Source: an uncultured Clostridia bacterium | GTDB lineage: Bacteria; Bacillota; Clostridia; Christensenellales; UBA1242 | Direction of reading: 5' to 3' | Length of the DNA: 54,439 nucleotides | NCBI GenBank assembly: GCA_946491735.1 | Contig: CAMLYK010000002.1 | Coordinates: forward strand, 1-54,439 | Shown here: positions 8,889 to 18,861 of the stretch, piece by piece | How the letters are laid out: every line of letters starts with the position of its first letter | How positions within the stretch are numbered: the first letter of the stretch is position 1 | Position numbers and translations under genes: made by a program | The notes under the pieces: model-generated | Told to the model about the DNA's origin: nothing | What the model saw: only the letters and a program-made list of their open reading frames with translations | Databases searched by the model: none

Positions 8889-9012
8889 CAAAATATTAAA
8901 TATCATTTTATGTTTTCATTTATTTTATGATTAATAAAATGATTTTTTTATTTTAAAATCAGAAAAAATGATAAAAATTTATAATAAGATTCGACAAATC
9001 CAAAAAATCATT

Positions 9013-9040
9013 TTGTTAATTTATTCAATTGTGGTATAAT
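9013..9040 (+). promoter_or_regulatory. Promoter for ackA
   Basis: TTGTTA (9013-9018), a 16-nt spacer, then TGgTATAAT (hexamer at 9035-9040). Confidence 0.5.
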
Positions 9041-9067
9041 TCTGATTATCAACAATTAGGAGAAAAT

Positions 9068-10255
9068 ATGAAAGTTTTAGTAGTAAATTCGGGAAGCAGT
9101 AGTTTGAAAGCTCAATTAATGGAGACAGATAGTGGTAAAGTGTTGGCGAAAGCTTACTGTCAACGTATAGGTTTGGACAAATCATTTATGGAATACAAGA
9201 CGAATGAAAAATTTGTTATTGACTTTGATATGCCTAATCATAAAGTGGCATTCAAGTTGTTTTTAGATACACTCACCAGTAATGATAAGGGAGTAATTAA
9301 AAGCTTAAATGAAATAAAGGCAATAGGACATAGAATAGTAAATCTTGGCGAGAAATACAACAAATCAATTATAATCACGAAAGAAATTTTCGATGATATG
9401 CAAAATTATATTCATTTTGCACCTCTGCACAATCCAGCTGCAATGTCAGGCATTAAGGCATGTTTGGAATTGATGCCAGAAGTGAAAAATGTGGGAGTTT
9501 TTGACACGGCATTCCATTCAACGATGCCAGAGCAAGCGTATATTTACGCTCTTCCATATGAATTTTATGAAAATAACGGCATCAGAAGATATGGAGCACA
9601 TGGCACAAGTCATAGGTATATAGCTATGAAATGTAGGGAGATATTTGGAGATTTGAAAGGAAAGAAAATCATTTCTTGTCATATAGGAAGTGGAAGTAGC
9701 ATCTGTGCTATCAAAGATGGGAAAAGTGTCGACACTTCAATGGGATATACTCCACTAGCAGGAGTAGTGATGGGCACTCGCTCAGGAGATATTGACCCCG
9801 CAATTTTAAAAGATATAATGAGCATAAAAAATTGTTCAGTAGACGAAGCGATTGACATGTTAAACAAAAAAAGCGGACTTTTAGGAATTGCTGGATATAG
9901 CGATATGCGAGATATTGAGGCAAATATTGACAACAAAGTTGTAAAACTGGCATTTGATGTTATGGTTTATTCTATAAAAAAATATATTGGTGCATACGCA
10001 GCAGCGATGAATGGAGTAGATGCTATTGTCTTCACGGCAGGAATTGGCGAAAAAGATGAATTGGTGCGTGAGGCAGTTTGTAAAGATATGGAATATTTGG
10101 GCTTAGAATTTGATAGCGAAAAGAATATCAAACTGCACAAACCATTTGATAAAATCATCGAGATCACAAAACCTACTAGCAAGGTTAAAGTGTACCGTAT
10201 CCCTACAGATGAAGAGTATATGATCGCATTGGACACTGCAAATCTTGTAAAATAA
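9068..10255 (+). CDS. ackA: Acetate kinase
   Basis: MKVLVVNSGSSSLK N-terminus. The start was moved to the ATG at 9068, behind AGGAGA. 395 aa. Confidence 0.95.
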   Translation: MKVLVVNSGSSSLKAQLMETDSGKVLAKAYCQRIGLDKSFMEYKTNEKFVIDFDMPNHKVAFKLFLDTLTSNDKGVIKSLNEIKAIGHRIVNLGEKYNKSIIITKEIFDDMQNYIHFAPLHNPAAMSGIKACLELMPEVKNVGVFDTAFHSTMPEQAYIYALPYEFYENNGIRRYGAHGTSHRYIAMKCREIFGDLKGKKIISCHIGSGSSICAIKDGKSVDTSMGYTPLAGVVMGTRSGDIDPAILKDIMSIKNCSVDEAIDMLNKKSGLLGIAGYSDMRDIEANIDNKVVKLAFDVMVYSIKKYIGAYAAAMNGVDAIVFTAGIGEKDELVREAVCKDMEYLGLEFDSEKNIKLHKPFDKIIEITKPTSKVKVYRIPTDEEYMIALDTANLVK

Positions 10256-10390
10256 TATATATTGAGTATATATGTTATGAGATATACCATATATATAAAT
10301 TTATTGTCAGTTATTAAATGTTTAGAAACAGCCAATTAAAAGGGATTCAGATAGAAATTTATAAATTTTTAAAAACTTATCCATAACCAA

Positions 10391-10419
10391 TTGACAAATA
10401 GGATTTAATTTGATAAAAT
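10391..10419 (+). promoter_or_regulatory. Promoter for rpmF
   Basis: TTGACA (10391-10396), a 17-nt spacer, then TGaTAAAAT (hexamer at 10414-10419). Confidence 0.6.
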
Positions 10420-10487
10420 CATTCCATATTTTGTCGTGTGCTATTTTTAAAAATTTAATAAAGCACGAATTATTATGGAGGTTATGT

Positions 10488-10679
10488 ATGGCAGTTCCTA
10501 AGGGAAAAGTTTCAAAGTCAAGACGCGATAAACGTCGTGCAAACTGGAAAGCAACTGTTCCTACTTTGGTTGAATGTCCACATTGTCATGAAAAGAAAGT
10601 GGCTCACCAAGTATGTAAAAATTGTGGTTATTATGATGGAGAACAAGTTGTTAATCTAGATAAAAAAGAAAGTAAATAA
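10488..10679 (+). CDS. rpmF: 50S ribosomal protein L32 (zinc-ribbon form)
   Basis: MAVPKGKVSKSRRDKRR N-terminus, with CPHC...CKNC cysteine pairs. The start was moved to 10488, behind GGAGG. Confidence 0.95.
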   Translation: MAVPKGKVSKSRRDKRRANWKATVPTLVECPHCHEKKVAHQVCKNCGYYDGEQVVNLDKKESK

Positions 10680-10680
10680 A

Positions 10681-10706
10681 AAATAAGGTGAAAGCCTTAT
10701 TTTTTG
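10681..10706 (+). terminator. Rho-independent terminator after rpmF
   Basis: Stem AAATAAGG/CCTTATTT with loop TGAAAG, then a T tract. Confidence 0.75.
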
Positions 10707-10851
10707 TTTGTAATTTTTGACTTGTAATTTTGTCTGATTGAATGTATCGTATACAATTAAATGTCCAAATATAAATTACAGTGAAATGACATTTTGATAA
10801 TCACTTGTTAATTGCGCGATAATTAGTTATAATAATAAAAAGGAAAAAAAT

Positions 10852-11985
10852 ATGGAAAATGTAGTTAAAAAAATAAAAAGTGAAGTAGTTGAAAATATAG
10901 AGAATTTTGTAAAACTTGTTCTCAGCGAAACTAAAACTGAAACAAAAAAAATTGTAGTGCGTCCTATAATTATTAAAGATAAACTATTGTTGCAGATTGA
11001 AAAATATAAAAAAGATAAAGTTTATCATGAAAACGTTGAAGTAAATAAAATTTTAGAATTGCAATTTTTTGACTACAAACAAATTTTGATTGAATTAAAA
11101 GATAAAAATATCATTTTTAGTAAAAAATCAAATAGATATAAACAAAAAATACAATTAAAAGAGCAAGTCAATTCAGAAATTAATTTGAGCCATAATAAAC
11201 AAAAATCATATTTGATAAATGAAGGGGATGATGTACCAGCATTGGTAGATCTGGGAATATTTACAAAAGAGGGAAAGATAGTAAAATCAAAATATGATAA
11301 ATTCAAACAGATTAATCGCTTTATAGAAATCATTGATGATGTGTTCAAATCAATCAAAAAAGATGAAATCACAATTTTAGATTTTGGCTGTGGCAAATCA
11401 TATTTGACTTTTTTAGTATATTATTACTTTGTTGAAATTAGAAAAATAAAAGCAAATATTATCGGATATGATTTGAAGTCTGACGTTGTAGATAGATGCA
11501 ATGATATTGCCAAAACATATGGATATAGTGGTTTACATTTTTTTGTAAATGATGTGAAAAAAGATAAGTTATATGAAGGTGATATTGACATGATTATTAG
11601 TTTGCATGCTTGTGATACTGCGACTGATTATGCTTTGGATTATGCAATCAAAAGAAAAATCCCTTATATTTTTTCTGTTCCGTGCTGTCAGCATGAGATT
11701 AATCAGACACTCAAAAAAGGCGGAGATTTTGACATAATGTTTGAAGACGGCTTGATCAAAGAAAGATTTTCTGCACTCTTGACTGATGCGATTCGAGTGG
11801 AAATTTTGCGTTCATACGGCTATGACGTGGATGTGATCGAATTTGTTGATTTTGCTCATTCACCAAAAAATATAATGATAAGAGGCAAATTGACAAAATC
11901 GAAAAAATCACTTTCAAAAATTGAAAATTTAATAAAAAAATATAAATTTAAACAAAAATTATATGAATTAATAAAAAATTCATAG
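10852..11985 (+). CDS. Class I SAM-dependent methyltransferase (Methyltransf_32-like)
   Basis: SAM-binding motif ILDFGCGKSYLTF and a downstream SLHACDTATD motif. 377 aa. Confidence 0.7.
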   Translation: MENVVKKIKSEVVENIENFVKLVLSETKTETKKIVVRPIIIKDKLLLQIEKYKKDKVYHENVEVNKILELQFFDYKQILIELKDKNIIFSKKSNRYKQKIQLKEQVNSEINLSHNKQKSYLINEGDDVPALVDLGIFTKEGKIVKSKYDKFKQINRFIEIIDDVFKSIKKDEITILDFGCGKSYLTFLVYYYFVEIRKIKANIIGYDLKSDVVDRCNDIAKTYGYSGLHFFVNDVKKDKLYEGDIDMIISLHACDTATDYALDYAIKRKIPYIFSVPCCQHEINQTLKKGGDFDIMFEDGLIKERFSALLTDAIRVEILRSYGYDVDVIEFVDFAHSPKNIMIRGKLTKSKKSLSKIENLIKKYKFKQKLYELIKNS

Positions 11986-12126
11986 CAAAATTGATAAAAA
12001 ATAATATTTTTAATAAATATTTAAATTTTTATTTTTATTAAAAAATTTAATTTAAAAGTGATATTTATTTTACATTTATTACAATTAAGTGTAAACTTTA
12101 TATATAACGATTAATTAGGAGAGAAT

Positions 12127-13128
12127 ATGAAAATAGTAGTTGATGCATTCGGTGGAGATTATGCACCTTTTGAAATAGTTGCAGGAGCGGTAAAAGCTTT
12201 GCAAGCCAATGAAAAATTAAATCTTGTATTAGTTGGAGATAAAGACAAAATTACAGAGATACTTCAATCTCTTGTGTTTGTGTCAGACAGATTAGAAATT
12301 GTGCACGCACCTGATGTAGTCACAATGGATGACGTACCAACTGTTGCAATTAGGACTAAAAAGACCTCTAGCATAGTTGTCGCATATGATTATCTAAAAC
12401 AGAATGATGATGCTATGGCATTGGTCAGTGCGGGTAGTACAGGTGCGACACTGACAGGTGCAGTTTTGAAACTTGGAAGAATACCAAACATTAGTAGACC
12501 AGCACTTGCTCCAATTCTTCCTACTGTCAATGATAGAGGAGTGATGTTGCTCGACTGTGGCGCTAATGCAGATTGCAAGCCTGAAAATTTGCTTCATTTT
12601 GGAATTATGGGTAATGAATATATGAAGGCTATTGGAATCAAAAAACCACGCATTGGTCTATTGAATATCGGTACAGAGGAAGAAAAGGGAAGCGAAACTG
12701 TAAAAGAAGCATATCAATTATTAAAAAATTCCAAATTAAATTTTGTCGGCAACATTGAAGCACGTGATGTTTTGAGAGGAAATGTTGATGTTGTAGTTAG
12801 CGATGGATTTGCAGGAAATGTCTGTTTGAAGACAATCGAGGGTACAGCTGAGATTTTGTTTGGTGAATTAAAAGATGCTATGACATCATCATTTAAAACC
12901 AAATTGGGTGCATTGCTTTTAAAGAAAAAAATGAAGGGAATAAAACAAAAGTATGATTACACAAAAGTTGGTGGCGCTCCACTTTTGGGTGTGACAAAAA
13001 TTGTTTTGAAATGTCATGGTAATAGCAAAGCAGACAGCATCGCAAGCACCATTGAGCAAGCATTTGTTTTGGCAAATAACAAATTGATAGAAAAGGTAAA
13101 AACGGCTGTTGAAAAAAATGAAGAATAG
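12127..13128 (+). CDS. plsX: Phosphate acyltransferase PlsX
   Basis: MKIVVDAFGGDYAP N-terminus. The 333-aa length is typical. Confidence 0.93.
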   Translation: MKIVVDAFGGDYAPFEIVAGAVKALQANEKLNLVLVGDKDKITEILQSLVFVSDRLEIVHAPDVVTMDDVPTVAIRTKKTSSIVVAYDYLKQNDDAMALVSAGSTGATLTGAVLKLGRIPNISRPALAPILPTVNDRGVMLLDCGANADCKPENLLHFGIMGNEYMKAIGIKKPRIGLLNIGTEEEKGSETVKEAYQLLKNSKLNFVGNIEARDVLRGNVDVVVSDGFAGNVCLKTIEGTAEILFGELKDAMTSSFKTKLGALLLKKKMKGIKQKYDYTKVGGAPLLGVTKIVLKCHGNSKADSIASTIEQAFVLANNKLIEKVKTAVEKNEE

Positions 13129-13774
13129 ATTTTTGACTCTATTTGAAAAATGTAGTGATGAGTTGAAAGAATTAGCATTTACTCACTCTTCTTTTGCTAA
13201 CGAAAAAAAGATAGAGAGCAATGAAAGAGTGGAGTTTTTAGGAGATAGTGTTTTGTCGACGATAGTATCAGACTATTTGTACAAGCATTATCATCAGACT
13301 GAGGGTAAGATGTCTAAAATACGTGCCAGCTTTGTTTGCACTGAAAATTTATCAAACCTTGCAAAAGAACTCAATATAAAGGATAGAATTCATTTTGGTA
13401 AAAGCTTCAAGGGTAATGAAATTTCTGATGCAATTTTAGCGGACACAATAGAAAGCATGATTGGAGTCATGTATCTATCATTTGGCATGTCGTCAATTGC
13501 TAGTGCAGTCATAGATGCGCTTGAAATCAAAGAAAATTTAAAGTCCGGATTGAAAAATGTTGATTACAAATCCGAATTGCAAGAATTGACACAGAATCTA
13601 AAATACAAACTTGAATATAAAGTTGAGAAATATCAAACAGAAGGTGGGCAAGAAAATTTTCGAGCGAATGCTTTTATTGATGGAAAATTTGTTGCATTCG
13701 GTCAGGGTTCGACCAAACGTGAAGCAGAGCAGAATTCTGCTAAAAAAGCATTAAATAAACTAAAAAAAATATAA
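13118..13774 (+). CDS. rnc: Ribonuclease III
   Basis: RNase III signature ERVEFLGDSVL and a C-terminal dsRBD (GSTKREAEQNSAKKAL). I used the ATG at 13118. An alternative TTG lies at 13109. The gene overlaps the end of plsX. Confidence 0.92.
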   Translation: MKNRFLTLFEKCSDELKELAFTHSSFANEKKIESNERVEFLGDSVLSTIVSDYLYKHYHQTEGKMSKIRASFVCTENLSNLAKELNIKDRIHFGKSFKGNEISDAILADTIESMIGVMYLSFGMSSIASAVIDALEIKENLKSGLKNVDYKSELQELTQNLKYKLEYKVEKYQTEGGQENFRANAFIDGKFVAFGQGSTKREAEQNSAKKALNKLKKI

Positions 13775-13842
13775 TGAGTTGATATTTTTATCTAAATTAA
13801 TAATTAAAAATACGTTATAGAAATACAAAAAACATTAATTAT

Positions 13843-13871
13843 TTGACAAATATATGCTTAAAATATATAAT
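13843..13871 (+). promoter_or_regulatory. Promoter for the PH-domain gene pair
   Basis: TTGACA (13843-13848), a 17-nt spacer, then TATAAT (13866-13871). Confidence 0.6.
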
Positions 13872-13890
13872 CAATAAAATTGGAGTATAA

Positions 13891-14433
13891 ATGAACGAAA
13901 CTGAATTGCTAAAACCGGTCCTTGATAAAGGTGAGGAAATTATAAAGTGGTATAAACCTCATCGATTTCGTGCATATATTGATCTGATCTTTACTATAAT
14001 TATTTTAGTTTTGTTTTTGAGAGGCTTGACGATTGGCGTATTTATTCAAGAAGGGTTTATGTTGTCATGGCTCTTAATGTATATATTTGTTGTTGTTCTT
14101 GTTACAGCAATTCAAGCAATTTTGATATCCCTTTGGTATAAAAAAACTATATATGTTATAACGAACAAAAGAATCATAGTACGCACTGGATATATTGGAG
14201 CGGATTATCACGAACTCGATTATGATACAATAGGAGCAATCACAGTTATTGTTGATTGGAAGGACAAATTAGTAAAGAAAAATACAGGCAGTATTTCATT
14301 TGGAAGTATGGCAAGTCCTATGATTGGGCTTTCTAGATTCACATTTAAGCATATCACTGATCTATATGCTGTGAATCGTGAAATCAAAGCAATTATGGAT
14401 GAAAATAAACAAAAATCGGATCATGAAAATTAA
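13891..14433 (+). CDS. PH-domain (bPH_2 / YdbS-like) membrane protein, paralog 1
   Basis: Two N-terminal TM helices followed by ITNKRIIVRTGYIGADYHELDYDTIGAITV. It is clearly paralogous to the next gene. Confidence 0.7.
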   Translation: MNETELLKPVLDKGEEIIKWYKPHRFRAYIDLIFTIIILVLFLRGLTIGVFIQEGFMLSWLLMYIFVVVLVTAIQAILISLWYKKTIYVITNKRIIVRTGYIGADYHELDYDTIGAITVIVDWKDKLVKKNTGSISFGSMASPMIGLSRFTFKHITDLYAVNREIKAIMDENKQKSDHEN

Positions 14434-14444
14434 AAGGAATATAT

Positions 14445-14990
14445 ATGAAAGATATAGAATTATTTAAACCCGTTCTTGACGCAGATGAAGAAATTTTAAA
14501 AATTTACAAGCCAAACAAATTCCGTACATTTTTTGGTACAATTCTAGTTTGTATTTTAGTTACTTTGTTATTTTCTCTAGCGGTTATAGGAGCATTTTTA
14601 GATCCAGAAACAACTATTGCAACTGGCATAGGCTTCATTGTTTTCATAGTGGTGTTTGATGCTTTGGCAATTTTGTTAATCGCCCTATGGTATAACAAAA
14701 CCATTTTCGCTGTGACTAACAAAAGAATTTTAATTCGTACTGGTTATATCGGAGTAGATTATAAGGGCCTAGATTATGATACCGTTGGTGCTTTAACAGT
14801 CAACGTGAATTGGGTTGATAAAATTTTGAAAAAGAATACTGGTACACTCTCATTTGGAAGTATGGCTAGTCCTATGATCAATACTGCCAACTATAAATTT
14901 TCATTTGTGTATATCAATAATCCATATGAGGTTTATCGTGAAGTTAAGGCTATAATTGATGAAAACAAATTAAAAAAAGACAATAAATAA
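14445..14990 (+). CDS. PH-domain (bPH_2 / YdbS-like) membrane protein, paralog 2
   Basis: Same architecture as paralog 1, with VTNKRILIRTGYIGVDYKGLDYDTVGALTV. Confidence 0.7.
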   Translation: MKDIELFKPVLDADEEILKIYKPNKFRTFFGTILVCILVTLLFSLAVIGAFLDPETTIATGIGFIVFIVVFDALAILLIALWYNKTIFAVTNKRILIRTGYIGVDYKGLDYDTVGALTVNVNWVDKILKKNTGTLSFGSMASPMINTANYKFSFVYINNPYEVYREVKAIIDENKLKKDNK

Positions 14991-15041
14991 TATAGTTAAA
15001 AACATCGTATAAATTAAACTTTTCAAATATTTAAATTTGAT

Positions 15042-15070
15042 TTGACAAAATTAATATATAGTGTTATAAT
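15042..15070 (+). promoter_or_regulatory. Promoter for the rpoZ-priA-def-fmt-rlmN operon
   Basis: TTGACA (15042-15047), a 17-nt spacer, then TGtTATAAT (hexamer at 15065-15070). Confidence 0.65.
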
Positions 15071-15094
15071 ACACTCGATAATAAAGGAGCAATT

Positions 15095-15292
15095 ATGTTA
15101 TTTGAACCACCTATTGATTTGTTAGTAGAAAGAGTAGGTTGTAGATATGCTGTAGCAGTAATTGTCGGTGCTAGAGCAAAGGATTTGGCAAATAAAATAC
15201 CTACATTGTTGAATGGAAGTGCCAATTTAGCAATTGATTATGCGGCTAATGAAGTGGCACGTGGAGAAGTTATCGGAGTTCAATCAAAATAA
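15095..15292 (+). CDS. rpoZ: DNA-directed RNA polymerase omega subunit
   Basis: 65 aa, beginning MLFEPPIDLLVERVGCRYAVAVIVGARAKDL, which is typical of RpoZ. Confidence 0.88.
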   Translation: MLFEPPIDLLVERVGCRYAVAVIVGARAKDLANKIPTLLNGSANLAIDYAANEVARGEVIGVQSK

Positions 15293-15295
15293 TAA

Positions 15296-17473
15296 ATGTA
15301 TGCTAATGTTATAGTCGACATTTCCAATGATGCAGTAGATAGAGTGTTTGATTATATTGCATTGGACGACACGGAAGTAGGTATGCGTGTACGCGTTCCA
15401 TTCGCTGGTAGGACAGTTTTGGGATATGTTATAGGGCTGAGCGAACATACCGACTTTGATAGAGAAAAAATTAAACCTATTATAAAAAATTTAGAAAGTG
15501 TTCCTAAACTTAAACCAGAGATATTGCAATTATGTTTATTTTTAGCAAAACACTTTTTTTTACGTCTTAGTGATTGTATAAAACTGGTTCTTCCGTCCTG
15601 TATTCGATTAGATACTCAACATGAACAGATAGAATATGATTTGTCATTATTGTTAGATATTGATACTGCTATTAATTTGATTGGCAAGCGTGCTAAAAAT
15701 CAATTGGCACTAGTGGCATCGTTGAATGAAGAGGGAATGATCAGTTATCAAAAAGCGATAGAACTTTTTGGTAGGACTAGTGTAAATTCGTTAATTGAAA
15801 AGGGAATAATTTTAAAGAATTCACGCAGAAAAAATCGCTTACAGTATATTGATAAGAAGACAATTCAAAAAAATATTTTGACACCTAGTCAAATGAATGC
15901 TGTCAATACTATAAAAAATCAAAACAAAACTTTTCTTTTGCAGGGTGTCACAGGAAGTGGGAAAACAGAAGTGTATATGACAATTATCGAAGATTGTCTA
16001 AAGGAAAATAAAACCGCTATTATGTTGGTGCCTGAGATATCTTTGACTCCACAAATGATGGATAGATTCAATTCAAGATTTCCAAATGATGTAGCTGTAC
16101 TTCATAGTGGGCTTAGCGAAGGGGAAAGATTCGATGAATGGGAACGCATCTTTAATAATAAAGCACATGTAGTCTTGGGAGCACGCTCAGCTATATTTGC
16201 ACCTATTGAGAATTTGGGTGTAATCATTATTGATGAAGAACATGATTCATCATATATAAGTGAAAGTAATCCGCGTTTTGTCACGCACGATGTAGCAAAA
16301 TTTAGAGCAAGATTCAATTCTTGTCCACTAATATTAGGAAGTGCAACTCCTAGTATTGAGAGTTACTATAAGGCAGAATCAAAGCAATACGAACTGGTCA
16401 AACTTCCAGAACGTATCAACGGCCTAGAGATGCCCAAAATAGAAATAATTGATATGCTAAACGAGGTCATGGATGGAAACACTTCACCATTTAGTAGAAA
16501 ATTGCTGTCAAAATTAGATGATTGCATTAAGCGAGGTAAACAAGCAATTTTGTTCATAAATAGAAGGGGATTTGCTTCATTCGTGATGTGCAGAGAGTGC
16601 GGATATAGAGCAAAATGTGATGATTGTGAAGTGAGTTTGGTCTATCACAAAGAGGACAACGAGTTGAAGTGTCATTTTTGCGGGAAACGATATAGAATGC
16701 TCACAAATTGTCCTAATTGCAACAGCACAAATATTAAATATGGCGCTTTGGGTACTGAACGTGTCGTCAATGAACTAAAAAGCATTTATAAAGATATTCC
16801 AATATATAGAATGGATAATGATACGACAAGAAAAAAAGATGGGCATAAAAAGATATTAGAACAATTTTCAACTCACACGCCGAGCATCCTTGTCGGAACA
16901 CAGATGATAGCTAAGGGTCATGATTATCCTAATGTGTCTTTTGTGGGCATTCTGGATGCGGATGTCAGTTTATATAACAGTGATTATAAATCAAATGAGC
17001 GGACTTTTCAGTTGATCACACAAGTGGCAGGTAGAGCGGGTAGAAAAACAAACGATGGTTATGTCGTACTGCAAACTTATGCACCAAATCATTATGTGTA
17101 TAGATTTGCTGTCAACTATGATTATGAAGGCTTTTATGATCGAGAAATTAATTTGAGACAGACAACGGGCTTTCCACCTTTCAGTATAATTTTACGAATA
17201 TTGGTCAGTAGCGTAAGTGACAATAGGGCAAAAGAAGTAACAAAAAAATTATTTGACAAAGCAAATCAATTAAAAGATAAATATGGGAAATCTATAATGT
17301 TTTTGCAGGCTATGCCATCACCTGTGAAAAGAATTCAAACAAAATATCGCTATCAGATATTGACTAGATTCGTTCCAGATGATAAAATAATAAAAGATTT
17401 TTACAATATTGCTGACATGATTGAAAAAGATGTTTCAATCTTTGTAGAAGTCAATCCAAACAATTTGAGGTAA
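15296..17473 (+). CDS. priA: Primosomal protein N' (replication restart helicase PriA)
   Basis: Walker A GVTGSGKTEVY, DEEHD box, and a Cys-rich zinc region (CRECGYRAKCDDC...CHFCG...CPNC). Confidence 0.95.
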   Translation: MYANVIVDISNDAVDRVFDYIALDDTEVGMRVRVPFAGRTVLGYVIGLSEHTDFDREKIKPIIKNLESVPKLKPEILQLCLFLAKHFFLRLSDCIKLVLPSCIRLDTQHEQIEYDLSLLLDIDTAINLIGKRAKNQLALVASLNEEGMISYQKAIELFGRTSVNSLIEKGIILKNSRRKNRLQYIDKKTIQKNILTPSQMNAVNTIKNQNKTFLLQGVTGSGKTEVYMTIIEDCLKENKTAIMLVPEISLTPQMMDRFNSRFPNDVAVLHSGLSEGERFDEWERIFNNKAHVVLGARSAIFAPIENLGVIIIDEEHDSSYISESNPRFVTHDVAKFRARFNSCPLILGSATPSIESYYKAESKQYELVKLPERINGLEMPKIEIIDMLNEVMDGNTSPFSRKLLSKLDDCIKRGKQAILFINRRGFASFVMCRECGYRAKCDDCEVSLVYHKEDNELKCHFCGKRYRMLTNCPNCNSTNIKYGALGTERVVNELKSIYKDIPIYRMDNDTTRKKDGHKKILEQFSTHTPSILVGTQMIAKGHDYPNVSFVGILDADVSLYNSDYKSNERTFQLITQVAGRAGRKTNDGYVVLQTYAPNHYVYRFAVNYDYEGFYDREINLRQTTGFPPFSIILRILVSSVSDNRAKEVTKKLFDKANQLKDKYGKSIMFLQAMPSPVKRIQTKYRYQILTRFVPDDKIIKDFYNIADMIEKDVSIFVEVNPNNLR

Positions 17474-17476
17474 AAT

Positions 17477-17941
17477 ATGGCAATTAGAGAAATAGTACAA
17501 CACACAGATAATTTCATTAGAAAACAGAGTAAACCTGTTAAGTTTTTTGATGAAAAATTGTGGGAATTGCTTGATGATATGTGGGAGACGCTTGATGATC
17601 GTATAGGTTCTGGGCTCAGTGCAGTGCAAGTAGGAGTATTAAAACGAGTTTTCATATTAAATATTAATAATATGAAAATTGAATTTATCAATCCGGTAAT
17701 CACGTCAAAACATGGTGAACAGTATAAAAAGGAAGGGTGTTTGAGCGTTCAATTGCCATTCGGATATGTGAAAAGACCAAAAACTGTAACTGTCACAGCG
17801 TTTGACAGATTTGGCAACAAGTTTACATTGACATGTGAAGATTGGACTGCTGTCTGCGTGTGCCATGAAACAGATCATTTAGATGGAATCTTGTATATTG
17901 ATAAATTAATTACGCCGCCAAAAGGGAAGGAAGATATTTAA
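17477..17941 (+). CDS. def: Peptide deformylase
   Basis: All three motifs are present: GSGLSAVQ, EGCLS and HETDHL. Confidence 0.93.
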   Translation: MAIREIVQHTDNFIRKQSKPVKFFDEKLWELLDDMWETLDDRIGSGLSAVQVGVLKRVFILNINNMKIEFINPVITSKHGEQYKKEGCLSVQLPFGYVKRPKTVTVTAFDRFGNKFTLTCEDWTAVCVCHETDHLDGILYIDKLITPPKGKEDI

Positions 17942-18861
17942 TGAAAATTGTATTTTTTGGAACGAACGAATTTAGTGCAACGATTTTAGCTGGTTTGCTT
18001 GAAAAAAATAGAGATGTAATAGCAATCGTTTCTCAACCAGATAAAATCAATGCAAGAAACAACAAAATAATATTATCTCCAGTGAAAAAATTGGCAATAG
18101 ATAGAAATATCCCTATCTATCAATTTCAAAAATTGAATTTGGAGGGAGAGGATATTTTAAAAAGTTTAAATCCTGATTTGTTTATCACTGCAAGTTATGG
18201 TCAAATTATTAAAAAAAATATTTTAGATATTCCTAAATATGCAACTGTAAATGTTCATGCTAGTTTGCTTCCAAAATATCGTGGACCTGCGCCAATCCAA
18301 TGGGCAATTATGAATGGTGAGAAAAAAACTGGTATCACGATTATGAAGACGGATATCGGCATGGATACTGGAGATATTTATTTCAATAGAGAGCTTGATA
18401 TTTTAGATACAGACACATCCACTAGTGTATTTAAAAAACTTGCTACACTAGGTGTAGAATGCATAAATGATTTTTTAGACAACTTCAATTATTATAAAGA
18501 TAGACACGTTCCACAATATAAAAAAGATGCCACTTACTTTCCAATGATTAAAAAGGAAGATTATTTAATAGATTTCAACACCAGTGCCGTAGCATTATGT
18601 AATAAAATCAGAGCACTTGAAAATTGTTATTTTATATACAAAAATGTACGATACAAAGTTTTGTTTGCTTCATTATCAGATTTATCAGGGAAACCGGGTG
18701 AGATTTTGGTGTGTGATGGCAAAAATGGCTTTATTGTTGCCACAAAGGATAAAGCGATAGAAATTTTATTCATCCAACCAGAAGGTAAACAAAAAATGTT
18801 GGCTTTATCCTTCATGAATTCAAACAAATTCAAGCAGGGAGATATTATTGAAAATTCTTAG
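17941..18861 (+). CDS. fmt: Methionyl-tRNA formyltransferase
   Basis: MKIVFFGT N-terminus and HASLLPKYRGPAPIQWAI motif. A TAATG junction overlaps def. Confidence 0.93.
   Translation: MKIVFFGTNEFSATILAGLLEKNRDVIAIVSQPDKINARNNKIILSPVKKLAIDRNIPIYQFQKLNLEGEDILKSLNPDLFITASYGQIIKKNILDIPKYATVNVHASLLPKYRGPAPIQWAIMNGEKKTGITIMKTDIGMDTGDIYFNRELDILDTDTSTSVFKKLATLGVECINDFLDNFNYYKDRHVPQYKKDATYFPMIKKEDYLIDFNTSAVALCNKIRALENCYFIYKNVRYKVLFASLSDLSGKPGEILVCDGKNGFIVATKDKAIEILFIQPEGKQKMLALSFMNSNKFKQGDIIENS

Noticed and set aside
8889-9067. Recurrent AAAATGAT / ATCATTTT words in the pta-ackA spacer, considered as possible operator sites
   Set aside because: The spacer is extremely AT-rich, so 8-mers of this kind are expected by chance. 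There is no clear dyad symmetry and no match to a cre-type (CcpA) consensus.
10377-10386. TTATCCATA upstream of rpmF, one mismatch from the DnaA box TTATCCACA
   Set aside because: It is a single imperfect box with no cluster and no adjacent dnaA or dnaN context, so it is not evidence for an origin.
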